Shown here in pieces: positions 13,201-23,508 of a DNA stretch of 64,000 nt (position 1 is the first letter of the stretch; every line of letters starts with the position of its first letter). This DNA comes from the human T2T-CHM13v2.0 reference genome, Homo sapiens: NCBI RefSeq assembly GCF_009914755.1, contig NC_060944.1. The stretch is one strand, 5' to 3'. Below the pieces are notes generated by a model. It saw only the letters and a list, made by a program, of their open reading frames with translations. It was not told the origin of the DNA and made no database searches. The position numbers and the translations under genes are program-made.

Positions 13201-16200
13201 AAAAGAGTGTTTCAAAACTGCTCTATCAAAAGAAAGGTTCTACTCCGTCAGTTGAGGACACACATCACGAATAAGTTTCTGACAATGCTTCTGTCTAGTT
13301 TTTATGGGAAGATATGTCCTTTTTCACCTTAGGCCGGAAAGCGCCCCAAAAGTCCAGTTACAGACACTACAAAAAGAGTGCTTCGAACCTGCTCTGTGAA
13401 AGGGAATGTTCAATTCTGTGACTTGAATGCAAACATCACAAAGAAGTTGCTGAGAATGCTGCTGTCTGCTTTTTATACCTTATCCCGTTTCCAACGAAAT
13501 CCTCAAATCTAGCCAAGTATCCACTTGCACTCTCCACAAAAAGAGTGTTTCAAAACTGTACTGTCCAAAGAAATGTTTAACTCTGCTAGTTGAGGACACA
13601 CATCAGAGACTAGCTTCTGAGAATGCTTCTGTCCAGTTGTTACGGGAAGATATTTCCTTTTTCAACATAGGCCTGAAACCGCTTCAAATGTCCACTTCCA
13701 GATACTGCAAAGAGAGTGTTTCAAACCTTCTCGACGAAAGGGCATGTTCTCCTCTGTGACGTCAATGCAAACATCACAAAGAAGTTTCTGAGAATGCTTC
13801 TGTCTGGATTTTATCTGAAGACAATCCCGTTTCCAACGAAATCCTCAAAGATATGCAAATATGCTCCTGCAGATTCTACAAAAAGAGTGTTTCAAAACTG
13901 TTCTATGAAAAGAAAGGTACGACCCTGTTAGTATAGGGCACACATCACAAACAAGTTGCCGAGAATGATTCTGTCTGGTTTTTATGGGAAGATATTTCCT
14001 TTTCCAACACTAGCCTGAATGCGCTCCAAATGGACACTTCCAGATATGACAAAAGGCGTGTTTCAAACCTGTTCTATGAAAGGGAACCTTCCATTCTGTG
14101 ACTTGAATGCAAACATCACCAAGTAGTTTCTCAGAACGCTGCTGTCTGCTTTTTATATGTATTCCCGTTTCCAACGAAATCGTCAAAGCCAGCCAAATAT
14201 CCAGTTGCAGGTTCCACAGAAAGAGTGTTTCAAAACTGCTCTCTCAAAAGACATGTTCAACTCTGTCAGTTGAGGACACACATCACAAATAAGTTTCTGA
14301 GAATGCTTCTGTCTAGTTTTTATGGGAAGATATTTCCTTTTTCACCATAGGCCTCAAAGCGCTCCAAATGTCCACTTCCAGGGAATGGAAAAAGAGTGTT
14401 TCCAACCTGCTCTATGAACGCCAATGTTCAACTCCGTGACTTGAATGCAACCATCACAAGGAAGTTTCTGAGAATGCTTCTGTCTAGATTTTATATGAAG
14501 ATATTCCCGTTTCCAATGAAATCCTCAAAGCTATCCAAATATCCACTTGGAGATTCTACAAAAAGAGTGTTTCAAAACTGCTCTATCAAAAGAAAGGTTC
14601 TACTCCGTCAGTTGAGGACACATATCACGAATAAGTTTCTGACAATGCTTCTGTGTAGTTTTTATGGGAAGATATGTCCTTTTTCACCTTAGGCCGGAAA
14701 GCGCCCCAAAAGTCCAGTTACAGACACTACAAAAAGAGTGTTTCAAACCTGCTCTGTGAAAGGGAATGTTCAATTCTGTGACTTGAATGCAAACATCACA
14801 AAGAAGTTGCTGAGAATGCTGCTGTCTGCTTTTTATACCTTATCCCGTTTCCAACGAAATCCTCAAATCTAGCCAAGTATCCACTTGCAGTCTCCACAAA
14901 AAGCGGGTTTCAAAACTGTACTCTCCAAAGAAATGTTCAACTCTGTTAGTTGAGAACACACATCAGAGACTGGCTTCTGAGAATGCTTCTGTCCAGTTGT
15001 TACGGAAAGAAATTTCCTTTTTCAACATAGGCCTGAAACCGCATCAAATGTCCACTTCCAGATACTGCAAAGAGAGTGTTTCAAACCTTCTCTACGAAAG
15101 GGCATGTTCTCCTCTGTGACGTCAATGCAAACATCCCAAAGAAGTTTCTGAGAATGCTTCTGTCTAGATTTTATCTGAAGATAATCCCGTTTCCAACGAA
15201 ATCCTCAAAGCTATGCAAATATGCTCCTTCAGATTCTACAAAAAGAGTGTTTCAAAACTGCTCTAGGAAAAGAAAGGTTCGACTCTGTTAGTAGAGGGCA
15301 CACATCACAAACAAGTTGCGGAGAATGCTTCTGTCTGGTTTTTATGGGAAGATATTTCCTTTTCCAACACAAGCCTGAATGCGCTCCAAATGGACACTTC
15401 CAGATACGACAAAAGGAGTGTTTCAAACCTGTTCTATGAAAGGGAACGTTCCATTCTGTGACTTGAATGCAAACATCACCAAGTAGTTTCTCAGAACGCT
15501 GCTGTCTGTTTTTAATATGTATTCCCGTTTCCAACGAAATCGTCAAAGGCAGCCAAATATCCACTTGCAGGTTCCACAGAAAGAGTGTTTCAAAACTGCT
15601 CTCTCAAAAGACATGTTCAACTCTGTCAGTTGAGGACACACATCACAAATAAGTTTCTGAGAATGCTTCTGTCTAGTTTTTATGGGAAGATATTTCCTTT
15701 TTCACCATAGGCCTCAAAGCGCTCCACATGTCCACTTCCAGGGAATGGAAAAAGAGTGTTTCCAACCTGCTCTATGAAAGCGAATGTTCAACTCCGTGAC
15801 TTGAATGCAACCATCACAAGGAAGTTTCTGAGAATGCTTCTGTCTAGATTTTATATGAAGATATTCCCGTTTCCAATGAAATCCTCAAAGCTATCCAAAT
15901 ATCCACTTGGAGATACTACAAAAAGAGTGTTTCAAAACTGCTCTATCAAAGAAAGGTTCTACTCCGTCAGTTGAGGACACACATCACGAATAAGTTTCTG
16001 ACAATGCTTCTGTCTAGTTTTTATGGGAAGATATGTCCTTTTTCACCTTAGGCCGGAAAGCGCCCCAAAAGTCCAGTTACAGACACTACAAAAAGAGTGT
16101 TTCAAACCTGCTCTGTGAAAGGGAATGTTCAATTCTGTGACTTGAATGCAAACATCACAAAGAAGTTGCTGAGAATGCTGCTGTCTGTTTTTATACCTTA

Positions 16201-17109
16201 TCCCGTTTCCAACGAAATCCTCAAATCTAGCCAAGTATCCACTTGCAGTCTCCACAAAAAGAGGGTTTCAAAACTGTACTCTCCAAAGAAATGTTCAACT
16301 CTGTTAGTTGAGAACACACATCAGAGACTAGCTTCTGAGAATGCTTCTGTCCAGTTGTTACGGGAAGAAATTTCCTTTTTCAACATAGGCGTGAAACCGC
16401 TTCAAATGTCCACTTCCAGATACTGCAAAGAGAGTGTTTCAAACCTTCTCTACGAAAGGGCATGTTCTCCTCTGTGACGTCAATGCAAACATCCCAAAGA
16501 AGTTTCTGAGAATGCTTCTGTCTGGATTTTATCTGAAGACAATCCCGTTTCCAACGAAATCCTCAAAGCTATGCAAATATGCTCCTGCAGATTCTACAAA
16601 AAGAGTGTTTCAAAACTGCTCTAGGAAAAGAAAGGTTCGACTCTGTTAGTAGAGGGCACACATCACAAACAAGTTGCCGAGAATGCTTCTGTCTGGTTTT
16701 TATGGGAAGATATTTCCTTTTCCAACACAAGCCTGAATGTGCTCCAAATGGACACTTCCAGATACGACAAAAGGAGTGTTTCAAACCTGTTCTATGAAAG
16801 GGAACGTTCCATTCTGTGACTTGAATGCAAACATCACCAAGTAGTTTCTCAGAACGCTGCTGTCTGCTTTTAATATGTATTCCCGTTTCCAACGAAATCG
16901 TCAAAGCCAGCCAAATATCCACTTGCAGGTACCACAGAAAGAGTGTTTCAAAACTGCTCTCTCAAAAGACATTTTCAACTCTGTCAGTTGAGGACACACA
17001 TCACAAATAAGTTTCTGAGAATGCTTCTGTCTAGTTTTTATGGGAAGATATTTCCTTTTTCACCATAGGCCTCAAAGCGCTCCAAATGTCCACTTCCAGG
17101 GAATGGAAA

Positions 17110-17598
17110 AAGAGTTTTTCCAACCTGCTCTGTGAAAGCAAATGTTCAACACTGTGACTTCAATGCAACCAACAGAAGGAAGTTTCTGAGAATTCTTCTG
17201 TCTAGATTTTATATGAAGATATTCCCGTTACCAACGAAATCCTCAAAGCTATCCAAATATCCACTTGCAGATTCTACAAAGAGAGTGTTTCAAAACTGCT
17301 CTATCAAAAGAAAATTTCTACTCCGTTAGCTGAGGACACACATCCGAGTAAGTTTCTGAGAATGCCTCTGTCAAGTTTTTATGGGAAGATATGTCCTTTT
17401 TCACCTTAGGCCGGAAAGCGCTCCAAATGTCCACTTACAGACACTACAAAAAGAGTGTCTCAAACCTGCTCTGTGAAAGGGAATGTTCAATTCTGTGACT
17501 TGAATGCAAACATCACAAAGAAGTTTCTGAGATTGCTGCTGTCTGCTTTTTATATGTAAAGCCGTTTCCATCCAAATCCTCAAATCTAGCCAAATATC
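17110..17598 (-). repeat. Diverged terminal part of the last 8-mer copy
   Basis: Many private substitutions versus upstream copies (e.g. 'tgtgaaagcaaatgttcaacactgtgacttcaatgcaaccaacagaagg'). Degenerate box 'gccgtttccatccaa' at ~17561. Confidence 0.85.
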
Positions 17599-17605
17599 GC
17601 AAACT
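17595..17605. other. Strand-inversion breakpoint within alpha-satellite
   Basis: '...caaatctagccaaatatc|gc|aaacttctttgggatg...'. To the left the sequence reads as minus-strand alphoid (expected continuation 'cacttgc'). To the right it reads as plus-strand alphoid (normally preceded by 'cattctcag'). Confidence 0.95.
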
Positions 17606-20600
17606 TCTTTGGGATGTTTGCATTCAAGTCACAGAGGAGAACATTCCCTTTCGTAGGGAAGGTTTGACACACTCTTTTTGTAGTATCTGGAAGTGGATAT
17701 TTGGGGCGGTTTCAGGCCTATGTTGGAAAAGGAAATATCTTCCCATAACAACTAGACAGAAGCTTTCTCAGAAACTAGTCTCTGATGTGTGTCCTCAACT
17801 AACAGAGTTGAACCTTTCTTTGCAAACAGCAGTTTTGAAACACTCTTTTTGTAGAATCTGCAAGAGGATATTTGGATAGCTTTGAGGATTTCTTGGGAAA
17901 CGGGAATGTCTTCAGATAAACTCTAGACCGCAGCATTCTCAGAAACTTCTTTGGGATGTTTCAATTGAAGTCACAGTGTTGAACATTCCCTTTCACAGAG
18001 CAGGTTTGAAACACTCTTTTTGTAATGTCTCGAAGTGAACATTTGGCGTGATTTCAGGCCTAACATGAAAAAGGAAATATCTTCCCATAAAAACTAGACA
18101 GAAGCATTCTCAGAAACTTGTTTGTGATGTGTGCCCTCTACTGACAGAGTTGAACCTTTCTTTGCAAAGAGCAGTTTTGAAACCCTCTTTTTGTAGAATC
18201 TGCAAGAGGATACTTGGATAGCTTTGAGTATTTCTTGGGAAACGGGAATGTCTTCAGATAAACTCTAGACAGAAGCATTCTCAGAAACTTCTTTGGGATG
18301 TTTCAATTGAAGTCACAGTTTTGAAGATTCCCTTTCACAGAGCAGGTTTGAAACACTCTTTTTGTAGTGTCTATAAGTGAACATTTGGAGTGCTTTCAGG
18401 CCTCACGTGAAAAAGGAAATATCTTCCCATAAAAACTAGACAGAAGCATTCTCAGAAACTTGTTTGTGATGTGTGCCCTCTACTGACAGAGGTGAACCTT
18501 TCTTTGCAAAGAGCAGCTTTGAAACACTCTTTTTGTAGAATCTGCAAGAGGATATTTGGATAGCTTTGAGGATTTCGTTGGAAACGGGTATGTCTTCAGA
18601 TAAACTCTAGACAGAAGCATTCTCAGAAACTTCTTTGGGATGTTGCATTCAAGTCACAGAGTAGAACATTCCCATTCATAGAGCAGGTTTGAAACACTCT
18701 TTTTGTAGTATCTGGAAGTGGACATTTGGAGCGCTTTCAGGCCTATGTTGAAAAAGGATATATTTTCCCATAAAAACTAGACAGAAGCATTCTCAGAAAC
18801 TTACTTCTGACGTGTTTACTCAACTAACAGAATTGAACCATCATTTTGAAGGAGCAGTTTTGAAACACTGTTTTTGTGGGATCTGCAAGTGGATATTTGG
18901 CTAGCTTTGAGGATTTCGTTGGAAACGGGATTGTATATAAAAAGGAGACAGCAGCATTCTCAGAAACTATTTTGTGATGTGTGCATTCAAGTCAAAGAGT
19001 TGAGCATTCCGTTTCATAGAGCAGGTTTGAAACACTCTTTTTGTAGTATCTGGATGAGGACATTTGGAGCGCTTTCAGGCGTATGGTGAAAAAGGAAATA
19101 TCTTCCCGTAAAAACTAGACAGAAGCATTCTCAGAAATTTACTTGTGATGTGTGCCCTCAACTAACAGAGTTGAACCTTTCTTTTGATAGAGCAGTTTTT
19201 AAACACTCTTTTTGTAAAATCTGCAAGAGGATATTTGGATAGCTTTGAGGATTTCGTTGCAAACGGGAATGGCTTCATATAAACTCTAGACAGAAGCATT
19301 CTCAGAAACATCGTTGGGATGTTTCGATTGAAGTCACAGTGTTGAACATTCCCTTTTATAGAGCAGGTTGGAAACACTCTTTTTGTAGTATCTGGAAGTG
19401 GACATTTGGAGCGCTTTCAGGACGACGGTGAAAATGGAAATATCTTCCAATAAAATCTAGATAGAAGCAATGTCAGAAACTTTCATGTCATGTATCTACT
19501 CAGCTAACAGAGTTGAAACTTTCTTTTGAGAGAGCAGTTTTGCAACACTCTTTTCGTGGAATATGCAAGTGGATATTAGGGCAGCTTTGAGGATTTTGTT
19601 GGAGACGGCAATACCTATAAAAAGCAGAGAGCAGCATTCTCAGAAACTTCTTCGTGATGTTTGCTTTGAAGTCACAGAGTTGAACATTCCCTTTGAGAGA
19701 GCAGGTTTGAAACACGCCTTTTGTCATATCTGCAAGTGTCCATTTGGAGCGCATTCAGCCTTGTGTTGAAAAAGGAAATATCCTCCCATAAAAACCAGAC
19801 AGAAGCATTCTCAGAAACTTATTTTTGATGTATATCCTCAACTAACAGAACTAAACCATCGTTTTGAAGGAGCAGTTTTGAAACACTCTTTTTGTGGAAT
19901 CTGCCAGTGGATATTTGGCTAGCTTGGAGGATTTCGTTGGAAACGGGAACACATATAAAAAGCAGACAGCAGCATTCTCAGAAACTTCTTTGTGATGTTT
20001 GCATTCAAGTCACAGAGTTGAACATTCCCTTTCATAGAGCGGGTTTGAAACACTCTTTTTGTAGTATCTGGATGTGGACATTTGGATCGCTTTCAGGCCT
20101 ATGGTGAAAAAGGAAATATCTTCCCATGAAAACTAGACAGAAGCATTCTCAGAAGCTTATTTGTGATGTGTGCCCTCAACTGACAGTGTTGAACCTTTCT
20201 TTTGATAGAGCAGTTCTGAAACACACTTTTGGTAAAATCTGCAAGAGGATATTTGGATAGCTTTGAGGATTTCGTTGGAAACGGGAATGTCTTCATATAA
20301 ACTCTAGACAGAAGCATTCTCAGAAACTGCTTTGGGATGTTTCAATTGAAGTCACAGTGTTGAACATTCCCTTTCATAGAGCAGGTATGAAACACTCTTT
20401 TTGTAGTATCTGGAAGTGGACATTTGGAGCGCTTTCAGGTCTACGGTGAAAAAGGAGATATCTTCCAATAAAAACTAGATAAAAGCAATGTCAGAAACTT
20501 TATCATGATGTATCTACTCAACCAACAGAGTTGAACCTTTCTTTTGAGAGAGCAGTATTGAAACACTCTTTTTGTGGAATATGCAAGTGGATATTAGGTC

Positions 20601-23508
20601 AGCTTGGAGGATTTCGTTGGAAACGGGAATACGTATAAAAGCACACAGCAGCATTGTCAGAAACTTCTTTGTGATGTTTGCATTCAAGTCACAGAATTCA
20701 ACATTCCCTTTCACAGAGCAGATTTGAAACACTCTTTTTGTAGTGTCTGTAAGTGAATATTTGGATTGCTTTCAAGGCTAAGGTGAAATAGGAAATATCT
20801 TCCCATAAAAACTTGACAGAAGCATTCTCAGAAACTCGTTTGTGATGTGTGCCCTCTACTGACGGAGTTGAACCTTTCTTTGCAATGAGCAGTTTTGAAA
20901 CCATCTTTTTGTAGAATCTGCAAGAGGATATTTGGATAGCTTTGAGTATTTCTTGGGAAACGGGAATGTCTTCAGATAAATTCTAGACAGCAGCATTCTC
21001 AGAAACTTCCTTGGGATGTTTCAATTGAAGTCACAGTGTTGATCATTCCCTTTCACAGAGCAGGTTTGAAACACTCTTTTTGTAATGTCTCTAAGTGAAC
21101 ATTTGGCGTGCTTTCCGGCCTAACGTAAAAAGGAAATATCTTCCCATAAAAACTAGACAGAAGCATTCTCAGAAACTTGTTTGTGATGTGTGCCCTCTAC
21201 TGACAGAGTGGAACCTTTCTTTGCAAAGAGCAATTTTGAAACCCTCTTTTTGTAGAATATGCAAGAGGATATTTGGATAGCTTTGAGTATTTCTTGGGAA
21301 ACGGGAATGTCTTCAGATAAACTCTAGACAGAAGCATTCTCAGAAACTGCTTTGGGAGGTTGCATTCAAGTCACAGAGTTGAGCATTTCCTTTTATAGAG
21401 CAGGTTTGAAACACTCTCTTTTTAGTATCTGGATGAGGACATTTGGAGCGCTTTCAGGCGTATGGTGAAAAAGGAAATATCTTCCCGTAAAAACTAGACA
21501 GAAGCATTCTCAGAAATTTATTTGTGATGTGTGCCATCAACAAACCGAGTTGAACCTTTCTTTCGATAGAGCAGTTTTGAAACACTCTTTTTGTGAAATC
21601 TGCAAGAGGATATTTGGATAGCTTTGAGGATTTCGTTGCAAACGGGAATGGCTTCATATAAACTCTAGACAGAAGCATTCTCAGAAACTTATTTGTGATG
21701 TATGTACTCAACTAACAGAACTAAACCATCGTTTTGAAGGAGCAGTGTTTGAAACACTCTTTTTGCGTAATCTGCAAGTGGATATTTGCCTAGCTTGGAG
21801 GATTTCGTTGGAAACAGGATTATATATAAAAAGCAGACAGCAGCATTCTCATGAAGTTCTTTGTGATGTTTGCATTCAAGTCACAGAGTTGAACATTCCC
21901 TTTCATAGAAGAGGTTTGAAACACTCTTTTTGTAGTATCTGGATGTGGACATTTGGATCGCTTTCAGGCCTATGGTGAAAAAGGAAATATCTTCCCATGA
22001 AAACTAGACAGAAGCATTCTCAGAAACTTATTTGTGATGTGTGCCCTCAACTGACAGTGTTGAACCTTTGTTTTGATAGAGCAGTTCTGAAACACACTTT
22101 TTGTAAAATCTGCAAGAGGATATTTGGATAGCTTGGAGGATTTCGTTGGAAACGGGAATGTCTTCATGTAAACTCTAGACAGAAGCATTCTCAGAAACTG
22201 CTTTGTGATGCTTCAATTGAATTCCCAGTGTTGAACATTCCCTTTCATAGAGCAGGTTTGAAACACTCTTTTTGTAGTATCTGGAAGTGGACATTTAGAG
22301 CACTTTCAGGTCTACGGTGAAAAAGGAGATATCTTCCAATAAAAACTAGATAGAAGCAATGTCAGAACTTTTTTCATGATGTATCTACTCAGCAAACAGA
22401 GTTGAACCTTTCTTTTGAGAGAGCAGTTTTGAAACACTCTTTTTGTGGAATATGCAAGTGGGTATTAGGCCAGCTTGGAGGATTTCGTTGGAAACGGGAA
22501 TACGTATAAAAAGCAGACAGGGGCATAGTGAGAAACTTCTTTGTGATGTTTGCATTAAAGTCACAGAATTGAACACTCCCTTTCACAGAGCAGGTTTGAA
22601 ACACTCTTTTGGTAGTGTCTGTAAGTGAACATTTGGACTGCTTTCAGGCCTAAGGTGAAAAAGGAAATATCTTCCCATAAAAACTAGACAGAAGCATTCT
22701 CAGAAACTTGTTTGTGATGTGTGCCCTCTACTGACAGAGTTGAAGCTTTCTTTGCAAAGAGCAGTTTTGAAACCCTCCTTTTGTAGAATCTGCAAGAGGA
22801 TATTTGGATAGCTTTGAGGATTTCTTGGGAAACGGGAATGTCTTCAGATAAACTCTAGACAGAAGCATTCTCAGAAACTTCTTTGGGATGTTTCAATTGA
22901 AGTCACAGTGTTGAACATTCCCTTTCACAGAGCAGGTTTGAAACACTCTTTTTGTAGTGTCTATAAGTGAACATTTGGCGTGGTTTCAGGCCTAACGTGA
23001 AAAAGGAAATATCTTCCCACAAAAACTAGACGGAAGCATTCTCAGAAACTTGTTTGTGATGTGTGCCCTCTACTGACAGAGTTGAACCTTTCTTTGCAAA
23101 GAGCAACTTTGAAACACTCTTTTTGTAGAATCTGCAAGAGGATGTTTGGATAGCTTTGAGGATTTCGTTGGAAACGGGTATGTCTTCAGATAAACTCTAG
23201 ACAGAAGCATTCTCAGAAACTTCGTTGGGATGTTTCGATTGAAGTCACAGTGTTGAACATTCCCATTCATAGAGCAGATTTGAAACACTCTTTCTGTTGT
23301 TGTATCTGGAAATGGACTTTTGGAGCGCTTTCAGGCCTATGTTGAAAAAGGAAATATCTTCCCATAAAAACTAGACGGAAGCATTCTCAGAAACTTACTT
23401 GTGATGTGTTTGCTCAACTAACAGAATTGAAGCATCGTTTTGAAGGAGCAGTTTTGAAACACTGTTTTCGTGAAATCTGCAAGTGGATATTTGGCTAGCT
23501 TTGAGGAT
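17601..23508 (+). repeat. Diverged/rearranged alpha-satellite HOR transition zone related to the 16-mer
   Basis: Box order g,g,h,a,b,c(degenerate),d,e,f,g,g,b,d,e,f,g,h, with many private SNVs and small indels. No long identical periodicity. Confidence 0.88.

Larger units (their letters stand above)
1..17598 (-). repeat. Alpha-satellite 8-mer HOR array (1360-bp unit, ~12.9 copies), dimeric SF2-like, reverse orientation
   Basis: Units starting 'catcagagact' at 1, 1361, 2721 ... 14961, 16319. The ORF track repeats every 1360 bp (116, 1476, 2836...). Four reverse-strand CENP-B box sites per unit (tcccgtttccaacgaa) spaced 338/342 bp. Typical alphoid motifs (tttctgagaatgcttctgtctag). Confidence 0.97.

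Noticed and set aside
16043-16477. Unique 126-aa and 70-aa ORFs
   Set aside because: Created by a 1-bp deletion (~16187) that fuses repeat reading frames in one copy.
17560-17660. Mobile-element insertion or target-site duplication at the inversion
   Set aside because: At most 2 unassigned bases; no L1/Alu sequence, poly-A or direct repeats.
17400-17800. Perfect palindrome or cruciform centred on the breakpoint
   Set aside because: The two flanks are out of register and are different monomers; only imperfect, spaced inverted homology exists.
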